NCBI GenBank assembly: GCA_963769025.1
Contig: CAVYKI010000002.1
Span: 382,364-446,363 of the forward strand
DNA from: an uncultured Verrucomicrobiae bacterium
Lineage (GTDB): Bacteria; Verrucomicrobiota; Verrucomicrobiia; Chthoniobacterales; Chthoniobacteraceae
Length of the DNA: 64,000 bases
Direction of reading: 5' to 3'
In this document: one piece after another, positions 1 through 8,651 of the stretch
Layout of the letters: each line of letters begins with the position of its first letter
Numbering within the stretch: the first letter of the stretch is position 1
The notes under the pieces: generated by a model
Databases searched by the model: none
Told to the model about the DNA's origin: nothing
Seen by the model: the letters and a program-made list of their open reading frames with translations, nothing else
Translations under genes and position numbers: made by a program

Positions 1-363
1 ATGCCCGCCGCCGCGCGCGACGCACTCGAAGGCGTCGCGGACATATTCTTCCATCCCACGCCGACCGTGGATCTCGCGCTCGCCCTCGCGATTCTCCGAG
101 CGGACTACGGCGTGAAGCGGCTCGTGTGCGAGGGCGGCGGAACGCTCCTTCGCTCCTTTGCCGCAGCCGATCTGCTCGACGAGCTGCACCTCACGCTCTG
201 CCCGTTCATCTTCGGTGGTCGCGGCGCGCCGACGCTCACGGGCCTGCCGGGAACATTCCTGCCCATGAGCACCCAATTGCGTCTCGTGGAGATGCGCAGC
301 GCAGGCGGTGAGTGCTTCACCCGCTGGCGTGTCATCCGCGGCAGGAAGCCCGCTGCAAAATGA
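1..363 (+). CDS. RibD C-terminal (reductase) domain protein, 5' partial
   Basis: LVCEGGGTL...LLDELHLTLCPFIFGG motifs typical of RibD_C/DHFR-like reductases; ORF runs off the window start. Confidence 0.8.
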   Translation: MPAAARDALEGVADIFFHPTPTVDLALALAILRADYGVKRLVCEGGGTLLRSFAAADLLDELHLTLCPFIFGGRGAPTLTGLPGTFLPMSTQLRLVEMRSAGGECFTRWRVIRGRKPAAK

Positions 364-1646
364 CCGCCGCCCGAATCACGATGCCCGCTTCCGACAACCT
401 CCAGCCACGCCGTCGCGCCGTCATCACCGGCATCGGCCCCATTGCCGCGTGCGGCATCGGTCTCGAGGCGTTCTGGAATTCCATCCGCGAGGGTCGCAGC
501 GGCATCGCACCCGTCACGGCGTTCGACGCGTCCGTCTTCCGCGCCCGGAACGCCGGCGAAGTCCGCGACTGGGATCCCGCGCCATTCTTCCCGCCGCACC
601 GGCTGAAGCGGCTCGACCGTTACGCGCAATTCGCCGTCGCCTCCGCGCTGCTCGCGCTCGAGGACGCGCGGCTGCCGTGGAGCCGCGAGAAACCCGACCC
701 GCGGCGCGGCGTGAGCTTTGGCACCGCGCTCGGCGGCATCTCAAATGCCGAGGCGGAGCACGCGCGCTTTTTGAAAAAGGGCCCGCGCGGCGTGAGCCAG
801 ACTCTCGCGCTCCAAGTCTTCGGCGGCAGCGCGCACAGCAACATCGCGATCGAGTGCGGCTTCCGCGGTCCCGGCAACACGTACTCGAATTCCTGCGCGA
901 GCGGATCCGTGGCGGTCGGCGAGGCGCTGCGTTACATCCGCGACGGCATGGCGGACGTGATCATCGCCGGCGGCGCGGAGGCGCCGCTGTGTCCGCTCAC
1001 GTTCGTGGCGTTCGATTTCATCAAGACCATGAGCCGCTGGCAGGGCGAACCGGCTGCGTTCGCCTGCCGGCCGTTCGACAAGGATCGCGACGGATTCGTG
1101 ATGGGCGAGGGGGCCTGTTCGCTCGTGATCGAGGAATACGGACACGCCGTGCGCCGCGGCGCGCGCATCTACGCCGAGGTGCTCGGCTACGCGCTGAACA
1201 ACGACGCCTTTCACATGACCAGCCCGCTGCCGAGCGGCGAATGCGTCATCGCCTGCATGAGGGCCGCGCTCGCCGACGCCCGGGTGGAACCGTGTGACAT
1301 CGGCTACATCAACGCACACGCGAGCAGCACGCAGCTCAACGACGCGAACGAAGTGATGTGCATCCGCACCGTCTTCGGCGAAACCCCGCCGCCCGTCAGC
1401 GGGACAAAGCCTTTCACCGCGCACCCGCTCGGCGCGACCTCGGCGATGGAGACTGCGATCTGCGCCCTCGCGCTCAGGGACCAGTGGCTGCCGCCGACGT
1501 TGCATCACCGCACGCCCGACCCGGCCTGCGACGCGGACATCGTGCCGAATGCCGGACGCGCCCACGCCCTCCGCCACGCGATGAACAACGCGTTCGGCTT
1601 TGGCGGCGTGAATTCGTCGCTCGTGCTCGGTCTCGTCGAGAGCTGA
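360..1646 (+). CDS. beta-ketoacyl-ACP synthase II (FabF-like)
   Basis: VITGIG start, catalytic Cys (SNSCASG), His (INAHAS) and His (AHPLGA), CRPFDKDRDGFVMGEG, NAFGFGG; ATGA overlap with the upstream stop. Confidence 0.9.
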   Translation: MTAARITMPASDNLQPRRRAVITGIGPIAACGIGLEAFWNSIREGRSGIAPVTAFDASVFRARNAGEVRDWDPAPFFPPHRLKRLDRYAQFAVASALLALEDARLPWSREKPDPRRGVSFGTALGGISNAEAEHARFLKKGPRGVSQTLALQVFGGSAHSNIAIECGFRGPGNTYSNSCASGSVAVGEALRYIRDGMADVIIAGGAEAPLCPLTFVAFDFIKTMSRWQGEPAAFACRPFDKDRDGFVMGEGACSLVIEEYGHAVRRGARIYAEVLGYALNNDAFHMTSPLPSGECVIACMRAALADARVEPCDIGYINAHASSTQLNDANEVMCIRTVFGETPPPVSGTKPFTAHPLGATSAMETAICALALRDQWLPPTLHHRTPDPACDADIVPNAGRAHALRHAMNNAFGFGGVNSSLVLGLVES

Positions 1647-1717
1647 GGCGGGCGGAAACTTTCTCGCCCTGCGCGCGGGAATGGGTTGTCCTCGCGTGCC
1701 CAGCCCCGCATTCCCCC

Positions 1718-2629
1718 ATGAATCCGAACATGTCCGTCTCCCGTCGTGAATTTGCGAAGCAGTCCGCGCTTGCCGCTGCCGCGCTCGCTGCCAGCGTAAC
1801 GCCCCTCGCCGCCGCACCCGTGAATCCTTGGAAAATCATCGCATTCAGCAAGCCGTTTGACCGTTCGAGCCCGGACGAAACCGCCGACATCGTCGCGGAG
1901 GTCGGATGGGACGGCATCGAGTGCGCCGTGCGCGCGAAGTCCGGTCACATCGCGCCCGAACGCGTGGAGGAGGATCTGCCGAAGATGGTCGAGGCGCTGA
2001 AGAAGCGCGGGAAGACCGTGGAGATCGTCACGACGGAAATCACGAAGCTCGATCCCCTCGCCGAGAAGATCCTGCGCACCTGCGCGAAGCTCGGCATCAA
2101 GAAATACCGCTTCGGATTTACGAAATACGCGAAGGACAAACCGATCGAGGAAACGGTGCGCGAGCAGGGTGCGGCGCTGAAGGATCTCGCGGCATTGAAC
2201 CGTGAGATCGGCGTGCAGGGCGGCTGGCAGAATCACTCGGGCGTGGATTACGTCGGCGCGCCGATCTGGGATCTGTGGACGATGCTGCGCGACCTCGATC
2301 CAAAGCACATCGGCGTGTGCTTTGACATCGGCCACGCGACGCTGGAAGGCGGCCTGTCCTGGCCGATCCAGGCACGGCTCATGGAGCCGTGGTACGTCGC
2401 CGTGTTCCTGAAGGATTTCGAATGGCAGAAGATCGAGAGCGGCTGGAAGCCGGCGTGGTGCCACTTCGGCGAGGGTGCCGTGCAGCGGAGTTTCCTGACG
2501 AACCTCAAGGCCGGCAAGTTTGCCGGCCCGCTCTGCCAGCATCACGAATACAAGACCCTCGGCACCGGCGCGGAAATGATCGCCAACATGAAGAAGGATC
2601 TCGCGAAGCTGCGCGAGTGGCTGGCGTAG
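1718..2629 (+). CDS. Tat-exported sugar phosphate isomerase/epimerase (xylose isomerase-like TIM barrel)
   Basis: SRREFAK twin-arginine signal; GWDGIE, QNHSG, FDIGH motifs. Confidence 0.8.
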   Translation: MNPNMSVSRREFAKQSALAAAALAASVTPLAAAPVNPWKIIAFSKPFDRSSPDETADIVAEVGWDGIECAVRAKSGHIAPERVEEDLPKMVEALKKRGKTVEIVTTEITKLDPLAEKILRTCAKLGIKKYRFGFTKYAKDKPIEETVREQGAALKDLAALNREIGVQGGWQNHSGVDYVGAPIWDLWTMLRDLDPKHIGVCFDIGHATLEGGLSWPIQARLMEPWYVAVFLKDFEWQKIESGWKPAWCHFGEGAVQRSFLTNLKAGKFAGPLCQHHEYKTLGTGAEMIANMKKDLAKLREWLA

Positions 2630-2709
2630 GTTTTTGGGTGTGCCGTCCGGCCGTGCCGTTTTTCCGCATTCGCAATTGCTCCGCGTAAGACGCGGACACT
2701 CCGCTCTCC

Positions 2710-3997
2710 ATGGAACCAACCATCAAAATCGCCCTCGTCGGCGCCGGCATGTTCGGCGGCGACGTCCACCTCCGCGCCTACGCAGACCTCCAGCGCTTCG
2801 GCATCGCCGGACAGCTCGCGCGCGTCGGGCTCGACAAGTTCAACCGCGACCTCGCACCGGTAAAGTTCGACCTCGTCGCCGTTGCCACACGCTCGCAGAA
2901 ATCCGCGGAGAAATCCGCTGCGGCGTTTGCAAGGAATGGACCGGCCATTCGCCCAAGTGCTACTCCGGCGACGAGCCATGGAATGACATCCTGCGCGACT
3001 TTCCCGATCTCGACGTGCTCGCCGTGGCCACGCCGGATCATCTGCACACGCAGCCGATCCTCGCCGCGCTCGCGAAGGGCGTGCATGTGCTCACTGAAAA
3101 GCCGATGTGCCTCACGACCAGCGAGGCGGATCAGATCATCGAGGCGGCGCGGGCGAAGAACTGCATCGTCGCCGTGGACATGCACAAGCGGTATGACCCC
3201 GATCACCTGCGCATCCGCGACGACATCCAGAACCGCATCGGCGCGCCGCTCTACGGCACGGCTTATCTCGAGGAGCCGCTGGAGGTGAGCACGAGCACGT
3301 TCAAGTGGGTCGAGTCGTCCGACCCATTCAGCTACGTCGGCCCGCACTGGACGGATCTGATTTTCTCCTACTACAAGTCGCAAGCCCGTCTCGCTCACCG
3401 CCGTCGGCCAGAAGAAGCGCCTCGTGCGCGACGGCATCAATGCCTACGACGCCGTGCAGGTGCGCGTGGATTTCGACAACGGAATGAGCATCAACTTCCA
3501 CAACAACTGGATCACGCCGCCCGACTTCGAGGGGCCGGTGAACCAGGGCCACGAGATCGTCGGCGCCGATGGAAAGGTGGAGAGCGACCAGCAATACCGC
3601 GGCTTCCGCTGGTGGAACAATGGCGGCGGCTCGCGCACGAGCAACAACCACTTCACCCGCGACGTGCTCCGCGCCGACGGCACGAAGGCCTACGTCGGCT
3701 ACGGCGTGGACAGCCTCACCGTCGGCCTCGTGGCGATCTGCCGCGTGAAATTTGCCGGCGAAACGCGCGACGCCGTGGCGAGCCTGTATCCGACCGCCGA
3801 GGAAGCGCGCATCACCTGCGCCATCGTGGATGCGGCGGCGAAGGTGCGCGACTTGAACTTCAAATACATGGCTGAGGGCAAAGGCGCGACGGTCACGGCG
3901 CGCTTCGGCAAGGACGGAATCACGATCGTGCGATCCGAACCGCGCAGGCGAAGGCGCGGCGAAGGTGTTCCAGAACATTTACGCCGAGCCGATCTGA
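2710..3997 (+). CDS. Gfo/Idh/MocA family oxidoreductase (apparent frameshifts near 2930, 3380, 3935)
   Basis: IALVGAGMFG, VATPDHLH and TEKPMC motifs lie in consecutive frames; ends KVFQNIYAEPI*. Confidence 0.8.
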
Positions 3998-4004
3998 AAC
4001 CGGC

Positions 4005-5303
4005 TCACTTCACGATCTCGCCGACGAGCAGGATGGCGCCGGGGTAGAATGCGGTGCCCTCAAAGCGCTCGGGCTTGTCCATCGTGTTGTTCCGCTGTGC
4101 GAGGATCTTCGCCTTGTCGGGCTGCTCGGGATGAATTTCGATCTTCACCGTGTGGATTTCGTCCGCGAGTCCGTCGCCGATGAGCATCGTGGAGAGGCGA
4201 TGGGAGGTGCAGTACGAGTCAAAGCGCGGGACGATCTTTGCGGGCCGCTCGTCGAGCGTGACGATGACCTGGCCGCAGTCGGGCCCGACGATGTCGTAGA
4301 TGCCCGCGCGGGTGCCCTTGAATTTGAAGGTGATCGTTTCGCCGGGCTGCGAGCCCTTGTGCAGCGAAGTCATGCGATTCGCCCAGCGCTTGCCGAAGAC
4401 ATCCTTCCGCGGGTCGAGATGCGTGAAGCCCTTGGAAAGCGTCGCCGCGGAGATCGGCACGAGTTTCGCAGCCTCGTAGTTCGTCGCGATGAATGGCGCG
4501 GGGAGCGTGTGAGCTCCGGGCGATTTCGAGGCTTTGGTGATCGACTCCATCGAGCGCACGATGGCCTGCAGGTAAAGTTCGTGGCCGGTTTCCACGTGCG
4601 GATGCACGGTGTCGGGCGCGAAGACGAACTTGTCGCCGAGCGCCTTCTTCTCGTCGTCGGTCTTCGGCAGCGGTGCCTTCCACACGAGCCGGCCTTCCTT
4701 GGCGAGCTTCGCGACTTCCATCGCCATGTGGATCGTCGGGATGCCGTAGTGGTCCGCGATCTTCTCCATCGCGCTCGCGGAGCGCTGGAACTTTCCGTCC
4801 AGCATCGCTGGCGAGTGCGCCTCGGTGAGCGTGTAGACAAAGCAGATGTCGCATTCCGGCAGCGCGCGCCACGTCTGCCGCACGATGCCCTCCATGCAGC
4901 GGAAAATCTGTTCGGGCGAAGCGCCGCCGTCATTCGTCGCGAACTCCACGAACATCAGGTCCGGCTTCTTATCGAGCACGTCCTGCCGCAGTCGGAAGAC
5001 GCCGAGGTCCGAGCCCGTCCCGCCGATGGCCGCGTTGATCTCGCTGAACTTCGCCTTTGGAAACGCCTTCTGAAAATGCGCGAGCGACTTCGGCCGCCAG
5101 CCCGGCTGCGCGGTGATCGATCCGCCGAAGTACGCGATGTGGACCTCCGCGCCCGGCGTGTTCGCCTTCGCGAGGAAATTCGGGAGCCCCGCGCGCGGGC
5201 TGCATTCCTGCGCGGGCGAAAGCGGGAAGTCGGCATCCGCGCCACGGGCGGCGCAAAGTGCGAGGATGAGGGAGACGAACGTGGAGCGGAGCAGGGAGTT
5301 CAT
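4005..5303 (-). CDS. secreted SGNH/GDSL hydrolase
   Basis: Signal peptide; blocks GGSIT, NAAIGGTGS, EFATND, DTVHP. Confidence 0.85.
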   Translation of the reverse strand: MNSLLRSTFVSLILALCAARGADADFPLSPAQECSPRAGLPNFLAKANTPGAEVHIAYFGGSITAQPGWRPKSLAHFQKAFPKAKFSEINAAIGGTGSDLGVFRLRQDVLDKKPDLMFVEFATNDGGASPEQIFRCMEGIVRQTWRALPECDICFVYTLTEAHSPAMLDGKFQRSASAMEKIADHYGIPTIHMAMEVAKLAKEGRLVWKAPLPKTDDEKKALGDKFVFAPDTVHPHVETGHELYLQAIVRSMESITKASKSPGAHTLPAPFIATNYEAAKLVPISAATLSKGFTHLDPRKDVFGKRWANRMTSLHKGSQPGETITFKFKGTRAGIYDIVGPDCGQVIVTLDERPAKIVPRFDSYCTSHRLSTMLIGDGLADEIHTVKIEIHPEQPDKAKILAQRNNTMDKPERFEGTAFYPGAILLVGEIVK

Positions 5304-5411
5304 GGATGCGTTTGGACGAACCGGCCTGTATCGAATCCTCCCCGCAAACGCCAGCAGCTTGCCGTCCACGTCGCACGCCGGGACGATGCGGAATTCGCGG
5401 CGCGGAGTGTT

Positions 5412-5439
5412 TTGACCGCCGACTGCTTTCCATTATGTT
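5412..5439 (+). promoter_or_regulatory. sigma70-like promoter for tRNA-Arg
   Basis: TTGACC-16bp-TATGTT ending 14 bp before the tRNA. Confidence 0.55.
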
Positions 5440-5453
5440 CGCGCCGCGAAAGC

Positions 5454-5530
5454 GCACTCGTAGCTCAACCGGATAGAGCATCGGTCTTCGAAACCGAGGG
5501 TTGGGGGTTCGAATCCCTCCGGGTGCACCA
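5454..5530 (+). tRNA. tRNA-Arg (anticodon TCG)
   Basis: Cloverleaf: acceptor GCACTCG/CGGGTGC, D-arm GCTC/GAGC, anticodon arm TCGGT-CTTCGAA-ACCGA, T loop TTCGAAT, encoded CCA. Confidence 0.95.
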
Positions 5531-5560
5531 TCCCTTTTGCGCTGGGAGCCGCATGAATGG

Positions 5561-5842
5561 CTAGAGCACGCCTGATTCGAGATGCTCGAGGTAGATGAAT
5601 TCCGGTGACTTGACTCCCGCCTCTGCCCGAATTTTCACGAGCCTGGGTGACTCAAAAAAGCTTCTGGCTTCATCAATCGAAGTCCATGCCGAGAGGTGGA
5701 CGACTCGGTTGGGGTCCTCCTGAAACTTGAGAACCTGATATGAGCGTTCGCCGGCTGCTTTGCGGATGGTCGCGGCGGCATCGAAAACCTTCTTCCAGGC
5801 AGGGTAGTCGGCGACCTCGTGAATGATGAGAACGTGTTGCAT
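5561..5842 (-). CDS. small dimeric alpha/beta-barrel protein (antibiotic biosynthesis monooxygenase/cyclase-like)
   Basis: MQHVLIIHEVADYPAWKKVFD...AGV..PEFIYL pattern, 93 aa. Confidence 0.75.
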   Translation of the reverse strand: MQHVLIIHEVADYPAWKKVFDAAATIRKAAGERSYQVLKFQEDPNRVVHLSAWTSIDEARSFFESPRLVKIRAEAGVKSPEFIYLEHLESGVL

Positions 5843-5853
5843 GATGAAGCGGT

Positions 5854-6030
5854 TCACGCGCAAAGCAGTTCTTCCCCGAACAGCGCGATGTCGGCAGCGG
5901 CAGACTGAATCGCCAGGTCGAGCGGCAATCCTGCTTCCAGATAGATGTGGCTGAGAGCCGTCAGTCCATGCCTTGAATTGGCAGGATGATCCGGCGCGTC
6001 GGGTTCGAGTGTTTCGGTTTCGTGGTGCAT
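5854..6030 (-). CDS. small hypothetical protein (58 aa)
   Basis: ATG at 6030; protein-like helical C-half (LTALSHIYLEAGLPLDLAIQSAAAD); stops 11 bp before the next gene on the same strand. Confidence 0.55.
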   Translation of the reverse strand: MHHETETLEPDAPDHPANSRHGLTALSHIYLEAGLPLDLAIQSAAADIALFGEELLCA

Positions 6031-6299
6031 GGGGTTCGGCTTGGTGGAACCGCAGGCCAACGACGGGGACAAAAAGCCCACCGTCGTTGCCGAGCGGTGG
6101 GTTGTTGAAGAAAGACTGTTTGAGGAAATCAGAATCTCGTCCCACCGCGCAGGGCTTTCGCCCATACGGCAACGCGAACCGGCATCGAGCAAATGCTCTG
6201 CGCCTGGCGTTTGGCGGTGGTGGAAATGAGATGATTCACGGGTGAGTTTTCCTCGTAGCCGCGATCCGGGTCTCCGTCAATTCCGAGGACGCACCGACG

Positions 6300-6321
6300 G
6301 ATTGTGAAATATTTCACAATC
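6300..6321. promoter_or_regulatory. perfect 22-bp palindromic operator (CRP/Fnr- or Rex-type box)
   Basis: GATTGTGAAATATTTCACAATC fits TGTGA-N6-TCACA and TTGTGAA-N4-TTCACAA. Confidence 0.7.
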
Positions 6322-6479
6322 TCGTCTTGCAATCGGCGGGAGATCGGCGAATGTGAAAGCGTTCTGGGGGGAACAGCCCGGTCATTGGCCAATCGGTCGG
6401 TGATCGGGCACTTTTTTGTACCTGCGAGCCGATGCGCAGTTCAGCGGTCCCAAAAAGGGTACTCGGCGATACATCCGCC

Positions 6480-6565
6480 TCCCGTCCAGCCGCGATTCAG
6501 GAGGTGCTCCATTGGTCGAAGGAATACTCATCATGAGTCATCTGAGGTCGATGGAGCACTTTTTT
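6480..6565 (+). ncRNA. candidate small structured RNA, copy 1
   Basis: Stem GTGCTCCATTGG/TCGATGGAGCAC enclosing ACTCA-TCA-TGAGT, then T6; homologous to 7190-7264. Confidence 0.5.
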
Positions 6566-6693
6566 GGATTCGCGCCGCCTTGGGAATGCCCTCGGACCTT
6601 CACGCCGAGCGGACGGATTTTCCGCGATACGGGTTGTATAAAAGAAAAACTCAACACGGTGAACAAATGCGGCGCCGCATCCGTCGATCGGTC

Positions 6694-6885
6694 ATGAAGC
6701 AGACATTCCCCATTGAACTGGTGGGCGGCAGCCAGGATGGCGCCGTGGTGGACATCGAGGAAGCGCCGGAGGTTTTCCTCATCCGAGCCAGCGAGGGCCT
6801 GAGGGAGGTTTACAAGCGCCAAAACTTCGAGCCGCCTTTCATCTACCTGCAGGTGGGCTACGCGGTGAACGAGACTTCGCAATGA
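6694..6885 (+). CDS. small hypothetical protein (63 aa)
   Basis: MKQTFPIELVGGSQDG...; ATGA overlap with the next ORF. Confidence 0.6.
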   Translation: MKQTFPIELVGGSQDGAVVDIEEAPEVFLIRASEGLREVYKRQNFEPPFIYLQVGYAVNETSQ

Positions 6886-7124
6886 ACACGCTTCGTCGAG
6901 ATCCACGGGTCCACTTTCATGGTGAATCCACCCGTTCATTCAAAGTCGGGATGTTTCTGGGTGCCGTCATCGTCGCTTTTGTGGCGATGGGTGCCTACGC
7001 CCTTGCGGCGGGAGGAAGTGTGGCGATCACGGCCGGAGTCTCGAAACTGATTCTATTTCTGTGCGGAGTCGTCATCGCGATTTTGCTGACCCTTGCCGTC
7101 ATCGTCGGGAAGCAACCGCGGTAA
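6882..7124 (+). CDS. small membrane protein, DUF1328-like
   Basis: Two hydrophobic helices around GGSVAITAGVSKLILF, resembling the DUF1328 pattern GGIAGAAAGIAKILF. Confidence 0.5.
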   Translation: MNTLRRDPRVHFHGESTRSFKVGMFLGAVIVAFVAMGAYALAAGGSVAITAGVSKLILFLCGVVIAILLTLAVIVGKQPR

Positions 7125-7189
7125 GGCCGCACCGGCGCCGGACGAGCGCAAAGTCCCTAGCGAACAATCTTCGCAGCGATACATCCGCA

Positions 7190-7264
7190 CCGCGATTCAG
7201 CAATTGCTCCATTGGCCGAAGAAAACTCGTCACGGGTAATTCTGGAGTCGATGGAGTACCTTTT
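7190..7264 (+). ncRNA. candidate small structured RNA, copy 2
   Basis: Stem TGCTCCATTGG/TCGATGGAGTA enclosing ACTCG-TCA-CGGGT, then CCTTTT; 700 bp from copy 1. Confidence 0.5.
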
Positions 7265-7443
7265 GTCCGGGATGCCGCTGGCCTGCGGTGCTGAAACTCC
7301 GTCCATCTCCGGGAAAAGCGAGCGCTGGCAGGAAGGGGAGAGCCTCCAAAGAGCCGCGCGGCGCGCGAAGGGATTTGAATTTCGATATCCTACATCCGCC
7401 GCCGGGGGACTGCGCGATGCATCACTCCCAGGAGGAAAATCCG

Positions 7444-7722
7444 ATGAATGCTTCGCCTCTCATGATCCCCATCAGCGTCGGCATCTTGTATTTTGGCGGC
7501 ACCGCAAAAAGCGCGGTGAATGTCGCCAATGTTCTCTTTTCGATTTCGGCGTTGCTGCTTCTGGCCGCCGCCTTGGCGGACCGGAGCAGAGAAGTGATAC
7601 CTCGCAGAGGCCACCCCAGCCAGGTTCCCCCGGAGCCCATCGTTCATCACCACTCGTTCCTTCCCAAGTTCGCCTTCGTCATCGCCCTGCTGACCCTTGG
7701 CTCGTGCATTCATGAAAATTAA
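7444..7722 (+). CDS. small membrane protein, DUF1328-like N-terminus
   Basis: AGGAGG RBS; LYFGGTAKSAVNVANVLF resembles the DUF1328 core; extra C-terminal hydrophobic segment. Confidence 0.5.
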   Translation: MNASPLMIPISVGILYFGGTAKSAVNVANVLFSISALLLLAAALADRSREVIPRRGHPSQVPPEPIVHHHSFLPKFAFVIALLTLGSCIHEN

Positions 7723-7886
7723 TGGCAGTGCGGATGCGCTCGCCCTCGCCCCCACCTCCAAGGCACCGGATTGCAACTGATCGCCCTCGGCGACCGGCGG
7801 TTAAAACCTTCGCCGATACATCCGCCATCGATGTCCACCCCGATACATCAGCGGCCCCTGCGGGCAAACAACACCTTGATCCCACT

Positions 7887-8354
7887 ATGACACCACGCTT
7901 GCAAAAATCGGACATCCCGCACCTGTTGCTCATCCTCGGCCTCGCGATTGCACCTGTGATTTTCACCGGGTGTGACCGCACCACCCGAACGTCCGATTCG
8001 TTAACAACGCCCGACTCCATGGTCACATTCGGGAAGGTCGTCACCGCTGCAAACGTGGACTCCAACAACGCCCCCACTGCGCTTGCCGACACATTTTCAC
8101 CCAGCCAGAAAACCATCTACGTCGTCGCCGAGGCAAAACAGATCGCGCCCGGCACACGCATCGCCGCGAGCTGGACGCGCGATGGCACGCCGGTCGAAGT
8201 CTCCAAGGAAATCATTGCCAGCAAGGGCTACCACGACACGAACATCGAATTTCACCTGAATTCCGGCCCCGAGGGTTTCACGCCCGGGAGGTACAAGGTG
8301 GAGCTCATCGTCAATGGCACCGCTGGTCCCACCGCGCACTATACGGTCAAGTAG
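7887..8354 (+). CDS. lipoprotein with Ig-like beta-sandwich domain
   Basis: Lipobox IFTG-C; DTFSP..IYVV...W...PGRYKVELIVNG. Confidence 0.75.
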   Translation: MTPRLQKSDIPHLLLILGLAIAPVIFTGCDRTTRTSDSLTTPDSMVTFGKVVTAANVDSNNAPTALADTFSPSQKTIYVVAEAKQIAPGTRIAASWTRDGTPVEVSKEIIASKGYHDTNIEFHLNSGPEGFTPGRYKVELIVNGTAGPTAHYTVK

Positions 8355-8377
8355 TCCACCGAAAATTCCCACCATTT

Positions 8378-8518
8378 ATGAACCGATACTTCCTCTTCAT
8401 ACTCTGCGCCGCGCTGCTCCTCGCTTTCAACGGCTGCGCCACCACCGAACAGCGCACCTCTGGCGGATCCATCGCCCCCAGCGGGAGCGCCAGTGGATCC
8501 ATTGCCACCCACCGCTAG
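8378..8518 (+). CDS. 46-aa lipoprotein (not in the ORF track)
   Basis: MNRYFLFILCAALLLAFNG-CATTEQRTSGGSIAPSGSASGSIATHR*: signal peptide II with lipobox. Confidence 0.7.
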   Translation: MNRYFLFILCAALLLAFNGCATTEQRTSGGSIAPSGSASGSIATHR

Positions 8519-8651
8519 CTTCCCTTTCGCGGGCCAGGCACCCGCACGCCGGGACGCAGCCGCAGTTCCCGTTGTTTTCAAAATCATATGCCCCGCCCAT
8601 CCGCGGCGTCGGCCCTGCAGTCTGACTAATGGCGCCGAGCCTGCTGCAGCC

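Noticed and set aside
360..1646. Type II PKS cluster
   Set aside because: Single ketosynthase with no chain-length factor, ACP or cyclase in view; the upstream context is outside the window.
6490..7264. Hairpins as integron attC sites, hammerhead ribozymes or short ORFs
   Set aside because: No RYYYAAC/GTTRRRY ends or intI; no complete CUGANGA plus GAAA three-stem core on either strand; the reading frame is not conserved between copies.
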